From assembly GCA_902386025.1 (NCBI GenBank), contig CABMHR010000004.1:1075-65074 (forward strand): a stretch of DNA of 64,000 bases, read 5' to 3'. The position numbers and the translations under genes are program-made. Of the stretch, positions 9,210-18,743 are shown piece by piece (the first letter of the stretch is position 1; every line of letters begins with the position of its first letter). A model generated the notes under the pieces. It worked only from the letters and a program-made list of their open reading frames with translations, made no database searches and had not been told where the DNA came from. This DNA comes from an uncultured archaeon (lineage in GTDB: Archaea; Nanobdellota; Nanobdellia; Pacearchaeales; GW2011-AR1).

Positions 9210-12200
9210 TTAGCCTGTTCTGCTTATGTATCCTTTTCTTGGACTGAATATATCTCCTGAATTGCTTAATTTTGCAAGAGCTTCATCAATTTCCTCTTTG
9301 CTCATCTTCCCTTCAAGTTCATTTTCTATTTCTTCAAGAGGAATCATTTTCCCCAATTTATTCTCCAAATCTATAATTATATCTCTTACATTCAATATTT
9401 TTCCTCTTTGTGATGCAGAGAATCTTCCTGAAATCCTGTCAATATCAAAAGTTTTTGATTCATAATCATAGCCCACTTGCATAAGATAATATTTCATCAG
9501 TTCAATTGATTTTTTTGCATCTTCTCTTGTAACTTTCTTGCTTAATCTCATTTTTGCACAAGCTTCTGACATTCTTATCAATGCCTGAAGCTGTCTTGCT
9601 GAAATTGGGATAGGACGCAAGCCACCTTCTGAAGCAATAGGCTGGTTTCTCAAATCAACATAAAATTCTTTTATTTCTTTTATTGCTTCGTCTGACAATT
9701 CCGGCTTTATTCTCTGCTTTGCATATGCAACATATTTTCTGAACAAATCTCTTGGAACAAACATTCCTTCTCCTTCCATTTTATGTTCATTCAAAACATG
9801 TTCTGCAATCATTTCATCTTTTCTCCTGTCTGGAATATCTCTCAATGTAAAAATAATATCAAATCTGTTAATCAGTGTTGGGGGCAAATCAATCTGCTGG
9901 GCTATTGGCTGCGAAGGGTCAAATCTTCCAAATTTCGGATTTGCTGCTGCGAGAACAGATGTTTCTGCACGAAGTGTTGCCTGAACATTTGCTTTTGAAA
10001 TTGTAATTGTGTTGTGAAGAATCATCCCATTTGAAACAAAAGTGTGATAAGGTTCTACTGTAACATCATACACCCATCTTATATTTTCATTTTTTATTAT
10101 TGAAATATCTTTAATCTTTACCCAGCGTGCATAGCCAAAAGCTAATCTTTCAAGCTCTTTTAATTCTTTTATTATTTCTTGGCTTTCTTTTGAATCCGAC
10201 TGCACTGCTTTTTTCATTGCTATATTAACTAATTTTTGAAGGAACAGCCTTTGTTTTTCAACTCCCAAATCAATTTGATGTCCTATTTCTTTTTTTGCAG
10301 AAATATTCAGTTTTTTGAAAATTTCGCTTATTTTATCTGTGCAATTAGGAATAACATCTCTTATTGTCTTGTATGTTTTTTCTTTTTCCGCATATTCCCT
10401 TAGTTTTTGTTTTTTATGGGAAGATAAAAAATTTATGTTTAATAAGAACTTGCTTAAATTTTCCTGCCCTGAAATATCCAATCTCCAGACTTTTGAATGA
10501 TTGTCTTTAAATATAGAAGATTGTATACCAAATCTTAATAATAAACAAGTCATCTGTTCTTCAAGTTCTCTATTCTCTGATACAAATGAAATTCTGCAGC
10601 CATTTCTTTGTTGGTTAGAAACAGAGCCGTCTCCGTCGTAGAGAGCCATTAAAAGATATTTTATACTCTCTTCAGGCATTTGCATCAGCGCTTCTGGTAT
10701 TTTTCTTATCTTTCCTTTCTCAAGCAGGCTTGAATCAAGCCTTAACATTTCTTCTGCGACTTTTTTTGAGATTACTCTTACGGAGAAGAGATTTCCTCTT
10801 TTTGTGATAATCGGTTTAACCTTAAAATACTGCTCAACTGCTAATTTATAATCCTGAATCAATCTTTCATTGTTATTGCAGAACTGAATTCCTGTTTTCC
10901 TGCCCCTGTTCAATTCATAACATCCATCGCTTAGATGATAGCCAATTATTTTGCAAAGCAAGTCATTTTCTTTTTTGTAATTTAAGGTATTTATCTTTAT
11001 CTCTGAAGGGATTGGAAAAAACACCCCTTGTTTTAATTTTTCAGCAGGTATTGTTGTTATTTTTCCGTCTTTTACTACCCAGCATGGATGTTCTGGAGTT
11101 ACTGTTATCTCTCTGCCATTTGCCAGAATAATTTTAATAAATTCCTTTGGCGCAATATGCCTGCTTACCCTATCTGCTTTGAGCGGAAATTGATTTTGAA
11201 AGTTTGTGGATATTAATTCCACATTATCAACTGGAAGAATCTCGCAGTTTTTTCCAGAATAAACTTTTTCTTCATTTTTTTCAATTAAAGAATCAACAAA
11301 TTTTCCTATCTCAACTTCTTTCCCATTTGATAGCATTAGTTTAAAGTCCGGCATCATGCATTGCTGTTCCATCGCTTCGTGCATCGCACTCCTGTCATTT
11401 GGATCCATTTTTTCCAGTTCATCAACGCAGACAAGCCCCTTGTTTGCTAATACCATTGCTCCTGCTTCCAAACTCCATCCTCTTAAATATTCATCACGGA
11501 CAACAGTTGCTGTAAGTCCTGCTCCTGATGCTGATTTTCCGACGACATATCTTCCTTTTGGAGAAATGTTAGCCATAAATCCCAATGTAACTGATTTTGC
11601 AACTCCTGGGTCTCCTATCAATAAAATATGAATATCCCCTCTGCTCTTTTGCCCGTCTTTATGAACTTTCTGAACTCCGCTGAATAACTGAAGAACTAAA
11701 GATTTTTTTATTTCTTCATAACCCCAAATGCTGGGAGTAATGCTTCTTGCTAAATTTTCAAAAACCATTGGGTCTTCTGACAATTCAAGAATCTGCCTTT
11801 CATCTTCTTCTGATATATCCAATTCTTCAAAGGTTTCTTCAAGAGGAATTACATTATTTGCTTCAATTGCCAATTCAAATCTTGTAGAAAGCCCTCCTGT
11901 CTGCAGGGGAATAGGAACTTCTTTTAGTATCCCTATTACTTTTATTCTGCTTCCAGGAGTTGTTTTCTCTTCCATTTTTGGCTCAACCAAATCTTCTTTC
12001 ACAAAAACATTTATTCTCTTTGGCTGTTCTCCTCCTGAAAGAGATTCTGGAGCTTCTTCCACAACCAATCTTTGAGTATCAACCATTTCTTTGCTTAATA
12101 GTTTGAATCCCCCTCTTCTTCCGCATGAGCATCTTGGAGGTTCGCGGAATTTTTTTTCTATCTGCAGGACAGACATAACTGTTCCGCAGCTTGGACATTC

Positions 12201-12734
12201 AAATTTAGCATTTACAACCTGCGGGCGGACATCTGATGCCTGCCTTATTATTCCTTCAATTACAATCATCTCATTCAGGTTTTTGGAGCGGATATTTCTT
12301 ACTTTTATCTCCTGACTTTTTGGAATATTAACCAGTCTTATTCTTACATTTTTTATCAGCCCTGATTCTTCTATTGCTACTTCAATCAGGCGGAGAGTAT
12401 CTTCTGGATTTGAAAGGATTCCTTCTGGAAGATTGTTTGAGAACTCTGTAAGCTTAATAAAATCAAGATAGACAACATTAGAACCCTTTCTGATTGACTT
12501 TCCCAGTTCTTTCTTGTAAAAGTCAAAGAACTTTTTTGCTTCAATCATCAAGTCCTCTGACTTTAATTTGTCTATTCCTGATTCTTTTCCCATCCCTGAA
12601 ATTTCATTAAAAGATTCTTTCCCTTTTGAAGAATAAGAAGACTTTGAGGCAGGAGTTGATTCTGGGCTTTCTGATTCAGAATCTTCTCCAATTTCAGAAG
12701 CAAAATCATCAAATTCTTTTTCTTCAAAGCTCAT
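9210..12734 (-). CDS. mcm: replicative helicase MCM, interrupted by one intein
   Basis: Zn finger CPSCG..CSCG, Walker A GDPGVAKS, Walker B CVDELEKM, EAMEQQ|intein|TITISKAN and LINRFDIIF. Length is 724 aa without the intein. GGAGG lies upstream of the ATG. Confidence 0.95.
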   Translation of the reverse strand: MSFEEKEFDDFASEIGEDSESESPESTPASKSSYSSKGKESFNEISGMGKESGIDKLKSEDLMIEAKKFFDFYKKELGKSIRKGSNVVYLDFIKLTEFSNNLPEGILSNPEDTLRLIEVAIEESGLIKNVRIRLVNIPKSQEIKVRNIRSKNLNEMIVIEGIIRQASDVRPQVVNAKFECPSCGTVMSVLQIEKKFREPPRCSCGRRGGFKLLSKEMVDTQRLVVEEAPESLSGGEQPKRINVFVKEDLVEPKMEEKTTPGSRIKVIGILKEVPIPLQTGGLSTRFELAIEANNVIPLEETFEELDISEEDERQILELSEDPMVFENLARSITPSIWGYEEIKKSLVLQLFSGVQKVHKDGQKSRGDIHILLIGDPGVAKSVTLGFMANISPKGRYVVGKSASGAGLTATVVRDEYLRGWSLEAGAMVLANKGLVCVDELEKMDPNDRSAMHEAMEQQCMMPDFKLMLSNGKEVEIGKFVDSLIEKNEEKVYSGKNCEILPVDNVELISTNFQNQFPLKADRVSRHIAPKEFIKIILANGREITVTPEHPCWVVKDGKITTIPAEKLKQGVFFPIPSEIKINTLNYKKENDLLCKIIGYHLSDGCYELNRGRKTGIQFCNNNERLIQDYKLAVEQYFKVKPIITKRGNLFSVRVISKKVAEEMLRLDSSLLEKGKIRKIPEALMQMPEESIKYLLMALYDGDGSVSNQQRNGCRISFVSENRELEEQMTCLLLRFGIQSSIFKDNHSKVWRLDISGQENLSKFLLNINFLSSHKKQKLREYAEKEKTYKTIRDVIPNCTDKISEIFKKLNISAKKEIGHQIDLGVEKQRLFLQKLVNIAMKKAVQSDSKESQEIIKELKELERLAFGYARWVKIKDISIIKNENIRWVYDVTVEPYHTFVSNGMILHNTITISKANVQATLRAETSVLAAANPKFGRFDPSQPIAQQIDLPPTLINRFDIIFTLRDIPDRRKDEMIAEHVLNEHKMEGEGMFVPRDLFRKYVAYAKQRIKPELSDEAIKEIKEFYVDLRNQPIASEGGLRPIPISARQLQALIRMSEACAKMRLSKKVTREDAKKSIELMKYYLMQVGYDYESKTFDIDRISGRFSASQRGKILNVRDIIIDLENKLGKMIPLEEIENELEGKMSKEEIDEALAKLSNSGDIFSPRKGYISRTG
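10011..11360 (-). mobile_element. MCM intein (450 aa) with LAGLIDADG homing-endonuclease domain
   Basis: Cys1 at 11358-11360, block B TVTPEHP, LAGLIDADG motifs IIGYHLSDGC and LLMALYDGDGS, and C-terminal VSNGMILHN followed by Thr+1. Confidence 0.9.
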
Positions 12735-12887
12735 TGAATGACGCCTCCGCTTTCTTTACACCTGTTTTCTTTCTAAAATAATGCATCACCATTCAGGTTG
12801 GAAAAAGAGATTATTTATATGGATTTCTATACAAAAAAGTGTTTTTAAATAGATTAAAATAAAAAGAATAAATCAGGCAAATTAAAT

Positions 12888-13646
12888 TTAAACAAGATAA
12901 CCTACAAAATGGCAATCAAAATCATAAGTAATATAAGGTGATGTTCCAAATGGATTTGAACATTGTCCTGTTGGTGCCTGCATACAAGCAATTGTTATTG
13001 CATCACCGCTTCCGCATCTGTAAGATGTTAAATATGAATAATATCCAGATGGGCAAGTAGTTATAGGGGTTGATTCAACAACATTATATGAGCAGTACTG
13101 TTGTGGAGAATCTAAATTTGGATTACCATTACAATCAAAATATTTTATAATTTTAGAACAATCTGGCTGTTGAGTTGTTAATGTAATCCCATCTTCTTTA
13201 GTATATATAGCTGTTCTTCCACTTCCACCGAGTATTTTTCCTTTTGTTGTTAAATCTTCGGTAACATTAACAGAACCAAATTGTGCTCGATGATTAACTC
13301 CTAAATTTCCCCATATGTTTACTTGATAGTTTCCAACATAACCTCTGTATCCCGGAGTAGAATTGCCCATATTTAACTGATTAGTTGAATAATAAAGTTG
13401 TGCTGAACTTAAAGAATTTCCGCTTGCATTAGCACAAGTCCAAGCAGTTCCGCCTGTATTCATTTGTAGGATTTGTCCTGCTCCACAAGTTGAAATTTCA
13501 GTATAAGGATGTCCTGCCCCTGATGCAGTGTATGAAGCAGCATAAACTCCAACAGCAGTTATTGCCAATATTCCTAATGTTATAAGAAAATACATCCAGC
13601 GATTTGAAAGATTAAATCTTCTTGTCATCCCTTTCCTCTTTTTCAT
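12888..13646 (-). CDS. secreted or membrane-anchored Cys-rich hypothetical protein
   Basis: Basic N-terminus plus one TM or signal anchor (WMYFLITLGILAITAVGVYA), then many Cys/Gly/Tyr. ATG lies 21 nt from TTTAAAAA. Confidence 0.5.
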   Translation of the reverse strand: MKKRKGMTRRFNLSNRWMYFLITLGILAITAVGVYAASYTASGAGHPYTEISTCGAGQILQMNTGGTAWTCANASGNSLSSAQLYYSTNQLNMGNSTPGYRGYVGNYQVNIWGNLGVNHRAQFGSVNVTEDLTTKGKILGGSGRTAIYTKEDGITLTTQQPDCSKIIKYFDCNGNPNLDSPQQYCSYNVVESTPITTCPSGYYSYLTSYRCGSGDAITIACMQAPTGQCSNPFGTSPYITYDFDCHFVGYLV

Positions 13647-13708
13647 ATCAGTTATAATAATATTAGGTTTTTAAATATTTTTGTTCTTGTATGAACAAAC
13701 AAATTGTT

Positions 13709-14707
13709 TTAAAGGAAAATGCTCCAATAAAAATTTATCATTTCATCTGCACTAAACTGCACAAGTTCAGAGTAATCTCTGACTCCTGAATTTGTCAACT
13801 CGCTCTTGTCTGCTTTTCTCATTGCTTCTAAATACTCTGCTCTTGTCTTTTTGTGTATAATCATAGGCGGATAATTCTTATCCATTAGAATATAGTTAAG
13901 AATCATTCTTCCTGTTCTCCCATTCCCGTCCATAAAAGGATGAATTTTCTCAAATTTATGATGAAAAATAACGGCTAGAACAAAAGGATGGAGCTTATTT
14001 TGATTTTCATTATACCATTTTAACAGCAGATTCATATCTGTTTTTACATAAGGGGCAGGAGTTGCTTCAAAATTGCTTCTTATAACTTTCACATCCATTA
14101 TTCTATATCCTTTTCTCCCATCAATATTGTTCATTAATTTATCATGAATTGCTATTATTAATTCATTGTTTAATCTTCCCTTGGAATTAACAATTTCAAA
14201 AAAAACTTTTTCAGTATTTTGCAAATCATATATCTCTCTTAAAGTTTTGTCTTTAGGACTAAGCCCTTCCTGAAGCAGATTTTTAGCTTCAGCTAAATTT
14301 ATAGTATTCCCTTCTATTGAAGTTGTGTTAAATGCAAATTCTATCAAAAAATTCTTTAAAATTTCTTTTTTTGTTAATTCATCTCTCTTATGAAATGTTT
14401 GATTATAATGCAACCTGCAGGATTCTATCTCCTCAAGTTTTTCTTTAAGAAATTCATCTTTTTTTAATCTTAAAGATTTAATTTTTTCAAGATAATAATT
14501 TGATTCAAGAAAAGAATTGAGAGTCTTATATGCTTTTCTTATTTCATCTTTGTAATCAGACAGATTATCCAAGGATTTTTTAACTTCTTCTATGGAATTT
14601 CCCAAATAAGCTATATCTTTAGTCACTCCCCTGCCGTCTTTTCTTTTAGAGATTCTCAAGTAATAATAAGGTTTTCCGTTTATTATCTTCTTGTAAATAT
14701 AAACCAT
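13709..14707 (-). CDS. fic: Fic family protein (putative AMPylase)
   Basis: Fic motif HPFMDGNGRTGR. Upstream TTSIEGN fits the (S/T)xxxE(G/N) inhibitory helix. ATG lies 21 nt from TTTATAAA (14729-14736). Confidence 0.85.
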   Translation of the reverse strand: MVYIYKKIINGKPYYYLRISKRKDGRGVTKDIAYLGNSIEEVKKSLDNLSDYKDEIRKAYKTLNSFLESNYYLEKIKSLRLKKDEFLKEKLEEIESCRLHYNQTFHKRDELTKKEILKNFLIEFAFNTTSIEGNTINLAEAKNLLQEGLSPKDKTLREIYDLQNTEKVFFEIVNSKGRLNNELIIAIHDKLMNNIDGRKGYRIMDVKVIRSNFEATPAPYVKTDMNLLLKWYNENQNKLHPFVLAVIFHHKFEKIHPFMDGNGRTGRMILNYILMDKNYPPMIIHKKTRAEYLEAMRKADKSELTNSGVRDYSELVQFSADEMINFYWSIFL

Positions 14708-14937
14708 AACTTATCTAAGAAAAAGAGATTTATAAATCTTACCCTTTACAAATGATAAATCTTATTGTAAGGGGTAATAGTTTTTATTTACTAATGTTAA
14801 TTCCATTCCCAATCTATTTCTGCATCAACAGCTTCCCACCATTTATTTATTCTTAACATATCCTCACTCATTTTTTTGTATAGTTCAATTAATAATTTTT
14901 TGTTCTCTATTAATCATTTTATATAAAAAAGAATTTT

Positions 14938-15492
14938 TTATTTGTAATTTTTCAGGGCTTCCTTGACATTCTTGAACAGCTGAGTTATGCTGTCTTCAAG
15001 CTGCTGCTTGTTTTTTGTTCCTGTGCACACAAGCTTTCCGTTGCTGAAAAGAAGAAATGTTGCATTCGGCTCAACTAACTTGTAAACTAATCCGGGGAAT
15101 TGCTCTGGTTCATATTCTGTATTTTCCATTTCCAAGGCGAGAAAATTAAGATTTAATTTCAAATTGATTGTTCCTGAAGCCACAATATTCTGGACAGTTA
15201 TTTTTGGCTTTGCTGTAATCTTAACATTTATTTTTTTCAACTGCTTGATAACTGCATCTATAACCTGCCTTACCTGCGCTGTTGATTTTGTCCCTGTGCA
15301 TACGAGATTTCCAGAGGAGAAAACAAGAACTGCTGACTTAGGCTCCTTGACTCTCAAAACTAATCCTGGAAAAGTTTCCGGATTGTATTCTGTATTTGGC
15401 TGTGTTCTTGCCAGTTTTGTTAGTGGAACAGGCTTTCCCAAAGAAGCAGTAGCGACAATATTTTGAATTTTATAGTTGCTTCCTAAAATCAT
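14938..15492 (-). CDS. tbp: TATA-box binding protein
   Basis: Two TBP repeats (QNIVATASLG..LVCTGTK and QNIVASGTIN..LVCTGTK). ATG 15492 lies 21 nt from TTTATAAA (15514-15521); a second box is at 15524-15531. Confidence 0.92.
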   Translation of the reverse strand: MILGSNYKIQNIVATASLGKPVPLTKLARTQPNTEYNPETFPGLVLRVKEPKSAVLVFSSGNLVCTGTKSTAQVRQVIDAVIKQLKKINVKITAKPKITVQNIVASGTINLKLNLNFLALEMENTEYEPEQFPGLVYKLVEPNATFLLFSNGKLVCTGTKNKQQLEDSITQLFKNVKEALKNYK

Positions 15493-15585
15493 AATTATAA
15501 TTGGAAAAAATCCTTTATAAAGGTTTATAAAGGAAAAACAAGGCAACCAGATTTAAATAATCACAGCTTCAAAATGTTTAAATAC

Positions 15586-15604
15586 TACTTAGTATTACTT
15601 AGTA
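15586..15604 (+). promoter_or_regulatory. direct repeat TACTTAGTA x2 (10-nt period) between TATA and ATG of the RHH gene; candidate operator
   Basis: Copies at 15586-15594 and 15596-15604, downstream of TTTAAATA (15577-15584). Confidence 0.35.
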
Positions 15605-15609
15605 ATACT

Positions 15610-15837
15610 ATGGAAAGTGTAAGCCTGAAATTAGAGCCAAATTTTCTTAATGCAATAGAAAAAATTATGAAAAAACATAATTATATGACAAAAGCAGAAT
15701 TTATCCGCGAGTCAATAAGAGACAAAATAAGAAGACTTGAAGAAAAAGAAATACTTGACGACAAAGAATTAATTTCTCAAATCAAGATTAGCGAAAAAAA
15801 TGCTAAAAAAGGCAGAATTAAAGAATTTAAGTATTAG
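15610..15837 (+). CDS. ribbon-helix-helix (CopG/RelB-like) antitoxin-type protein
   Basis: N-terminal beta strand VSLKLEP followed by two helices (FLNAIEKIMKK..TKAEFIRESIRDKI). Adjacent to a RelE-like gene. Confidence 0.6.
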   Translation: MESVSLKLEPNFLNAIEKIMKKHNYMTKAEFIRESIRDKIRRLEEKEILDDKELISQIKISEKNAKKGRIKEFKY

Positions 15838-16091
15838 TATATCTTATGAGTTCCAACAGCTTCTATGATTATTAGTTTTTCTTTTTCATTGATTGTATAA
15901 ATAGCCCTTATGTTTGCTCCGAGCCAGCACGTCCATTTTCCTTTTAATTCTCCGTGAAGAGTATGAGCATTATTTGCTTTGTATGGGTTTTCTTTTAATT
16001 TATCCAGCTTATTTTTTATTTCTTGTTTAAATTCAATATTTTTTCTTAAAATCTTTTCTGTCTTGGGATTTGCAGTAAATATTTGATACAT
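15834..16091 (-). CDS. relE: RelE/StbE-family type II toxin (mRNA interferase)
   Basis: 85 aa. ...LHGELKGKWTCWLGANIRAIYTINEKEKLIIIEAVGTHKIY matches the RelE/ParE-superfamily C-terminal pattern. Confidence 0.7.
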   Translation of the reverse strand: MYQIFTANPKTEKILRKNIEFKQEIKNKLDKLKENPYKANNAHTLHGELKGKWTCWLGANIRAIYTINEKEKLIIIEAVGTHKIY

Positions 16092-16094
16092 ATT

Positions 16095-17801
16095 TTATCC
16101 GTATTTCCAATTCCTTTTCTGGTTTTCAAAATCCTTTTCTATCTCCTTTAGGGAATTTGTTTCAGACAACGGCTTGTCTGGACGCAGAGCAGTAAACCTT
16201 GGAAATCTAAGGGCAAAACCAGATGAATAAGTCGGGGATTTTTGTATTTCCTGATATGTAACAGAAACAATAATTTTTGGCTTTATCTTCACGCTTTTTC
16301 CTTTCTCTTCTGTAATTAATGGTTTGATTTTTTCTGTAAGCTCTTCAAATGAAATCCCTTCCTCTTTTTTCTCCTTGAATCCTGTCCCGACTTTTCCAAT
16401 CTCCAAAAATTTGTCTCCGTCTCTGCAGGATAAAATAAAGCTTGAAATCCAGCCAGAGCGCTTTCCTGTCCCGTATTCTCCTCCCGTGATAATCAAATCC
16501 AAATCTTTTTCTTCTGGTTTTATCTTCACCATATTTCCGACTCTTCTGCCTGGAGAATATGGGGCTTCAAGATTTTTCATCATCACTCCTTCCTGATTAT
16601 CTTTCAATGCACTTCTATAAAATGCTTCTGCTTTTTTTTCATCATCGGTAATTATCTGCTTTGAATGAATTATCCTGTAAGGATGACTTTCAATTATTTT
16701 TTTTACTAACTCTGTTCTTTTTTTGAACGGCTCATCAAGCATTGATTTTCCATTGTAATATAAAATATCAAAGATATTGACTTCCACAGGAAGTTCATTT
16801 TGAAGTTTTTCAATGTCATATTTTCTTTTTATTCTCTGGGAGATTGATTGGAATGGCTTGTATTCTTTTGTTTTCTTGTCAAAACCAACTGCTTCTGAAT
16901 CAAGAATAAAAGAATCCCCCTTCACATATTTTTTAATGCAGTCGGCAACTTCCGGAAACTGCCTTGAAACATTTTCAAGCGTTCTTGTGAACAATAAAAT
17001 TTCATTTCCTCTCTTGTGAATTATCAGCCTGAATCCGTCGTATTTATACTCAATCGCGCAGGGTTTTCCTACTGCTTCAAATCCTTCTTTTATTGTTTTT
17101 GATTTTTGCGCAAGCATCGCCTTTATTGGTTTTCCAACTTCAATTTTAATTTTTCCCAAATCTTTTTCCTTCCCTGTTCTTGCAGTATCAAAAACTTCTG
17201 CTAAATCATTTGACTTGTTAATTGCATCTTGAACTTTTAATGCAGATTCTTTTTCTCCCTTAAAAAATGCACTCGCCATTGCTTCTCTTACTGTGCTTTC
17301 CTGAATTCCAATTCTCAAATCTCCAATCAGTGTCCTTACAAGATAAAGAGCTTCAACAGGAGAAGCAGAAGTCAGCAGTTCTGTAATCAGGGAAATTTTT
17401 TTGTCAACTGCACCCTTCCCTTCAAGTTCAGGAAGCTTTCTTAAATTTTCCAAAACTTTTTCAGTGGTTAAATTTTTACTTCCTGTGAGTGTTGCCTGTT
17501 TTTTATTTTTTGTCAGCTTCTCTGCAACTTTTCCCAAGTCCCCAATAGATTTCCATTCTTTCACAACTTTTCCCTTTTCTGTTCCTGTTGCTTTTGAGAT
17601 TGCTTTTATTGCTAACTGGCTTGATATGCCTATTTTCTTCTCATTATATTCAGGATAAATATCCCCCATCAATAAATATAAAACATCCCTGTCAGATTCA
17701 GAAAGCTCCTTCAAAAATTCCGACAGGATTTCTGTTTTTTCCAATCTTTTTGCGGTTTCAGAAAGAGATTCATACAATTCTGCTAATTTCAAATACCTCA
17801 T
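16095..17801 (-). CDS. lig: ATP-dependent DNA ligase
   Basis: Adenylation motif I EYKYDGFR, full N-terminal DNA-binding domain and OB domain, 568 aa. ATG lies 21 nt from CTTAAAAA. Confidence 0.93.
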   Translation of the reverse strand: MRYLKLAELYESLSETAKRLEKTEILSEFLKELSESDRDVLYLLMGDIYPEYNEKKIGISSQLAIKAISKATGTEKGKVVKEWKSIGDLGKVAEKLTKNKKQATLTGSKNLTTEKVLENLRKLPELEGKGAVDKKISLITELLTSASPVEALYLVRTLIGDLRIGIQESTVREAMASAFFKGEKESALKVQDAINKSNDLAEVFDTARTGKEKDLGKIKIEVGKPIKAMLAQKSKTIKEGFEAVGKPCAIEYKYDGFRLIIHKRGNEILLFTRTLENVSRQFPEVADCIKKYVKGDSFILDSEAVGFDKKTKEYKPFQSISQRIKRKYDIEKLQNELPVEVNIFDILYYNGKSMLDEPFKKRTELVKKIIESHPYRIIHSKQIITDDEKKAEAFYRSALKDNQEGVMMKNLEAPYSPGRRVGNMVKIKPEEKDLDLIITGGEYGTGKRSGWISSFILSCRDGDKFLEIGKVGTGFKEKKEEGISFEELTEKIKPLITEEKGKSVKIKPKIIVSVTYQEIQKSPTYSSGFALRFPRFTALRPDKPLSETNSLKEIEKDFENQKRNWKYG

Positions 17802-17835
17802 AATAAAACATAGTTAGAGAAGTTTTTAAGTTTAG

Positions 17836-18417
17836 CTAATAAGTTTCTTCAAATAATTCATAATATGCCTGCGGATGCTTGCAGGCAGGGCATTTCTTCG
17901 GAGCTTCCTTGCCGTAATGAATATAACCGCAGTTTCTGCATTTCCACGCAACAACCTTGTCCCTCTTGAAAACTTTTCCTTCTTTGATATTTCTCAAAAG
18001 TTTTCTGTATCTCCTCTCGTGCTTCTCTTCAACTTCTGCAATCTGCTTGAATGAATCTGCAATTTCTTTAAAACCCTCTTTCCTTGCTGTTTTTTCAAAC
18101 TCTGGATAAATTGTTCCCCATTCTGCCTTTTCGCCTTCTGCTGCAGCGAGAAGATTTTCTTTTGTCTTTCCAATTTTTCCTGCAGGGTATTTCGCGCTTA
18201 TTTCCAATGCTCTTCCTCCTGAATTCTTCAAATGCTGAAAAAATATTTTTGCGTGCTCTTTTTCATTGTCTGCTGTCTCCTGAAAAATTCCAGATATCTG
18301 TTCAAATCCTTCTTTTCTTGCTACACTTGAAAAATAAGTATATCTGTTTCTTGCCTGACTTTCACCAGCAAATGCTTTTAGAAGATTTTTCTCTGTTTCA
18401 CTGCCTCTTAAATTCAT
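17836..18417 (-). CDS. rbr: rubrerythrin
   Basis: Ferritin-like diiron ExxH motifs (EKEH, EEKH) plus a C-terminal rubredoxin CRNCG...CPAC. Confidence 0.9.
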   Translation of the reverse strand: MNLRGSETEKNLLKAFAGESQARNRYTYFSSVARKEGFEQISGIFQETADNEKEHAKIFFQHLKNSGGRALEISAKYPAGKIGKTKENLLAAAEGEKAEWGTIYPEFEKTARKEGFKEIADSFKQIAEVEEKHERRYRKLLRNIKEGKVFKRDKVVAWKCRNCGYIHYGKEAPKKCPACKHPQAYYELFEETY

Positions 18418-18451
18418 AATATATACTGGAGAATATAGTTAATAAATTTTA

Positions 18452-18742
18452 TCAAAACCTTTCTGCTAATATTTTATCCACACTTTTTTGATTAATAATG
18501 CAGTACTTTCCGATGCATCCGTATATTTTTTCTTCTCCTGCTTCATTATCCTGAATCGCCAGCACTTTTTCTTTTTTGACAAATTCGCTTAAATGCCTTC
18601 CATTATAACCAAAAGATACTGAAAATTCTTCCCCCCAAACTTTTTCTATGCAGCTGACAATTATTTCATTGGGCTTTCCGCCATTGTAGTTAAATCCAAA
18701 TGCAATATAATCCCCCCTTTTCAATTCATCAAGGGTTTTCAT
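18452..18742 (-). CDS. hypothetical protein
   Basis: 96-aa ORF starting 2 nt after the L15e stop (co-transcribed). No recognisable motif. Confidence 0.4.
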   Translation of the reverse strand: MKTLDELKRGDYIAFGFNYNGGKPNEIIVSCIEKVWGEEFSVSFGYNGRHLSEFVKKEKVLAIQDNEAGEEKIYGCIGKYCIINQKSVDKILAERF

Positions 18743-18743
18743 C

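Noticed and set aside
9226-12315. Seven plus-strand ORFs (60-115 aa) inside mcm and its intein.
   Set aside because: These are typical antisense shadows of an AT-rich coding region (Ser/Phe/Leu/Ile-rich). None has a TATA at the 21-nt spacing.
14797-14871. 24-codon minus-strand ORF (MSEDMLRINKWWEAVDAEIDWEWN) in the 230-nt gap between fic and tbp.
   Set aside because: It has no TATA at the canonical spacing, no SD and is very short. It may be a remnant of a decayed gene, but this cannot be supported.
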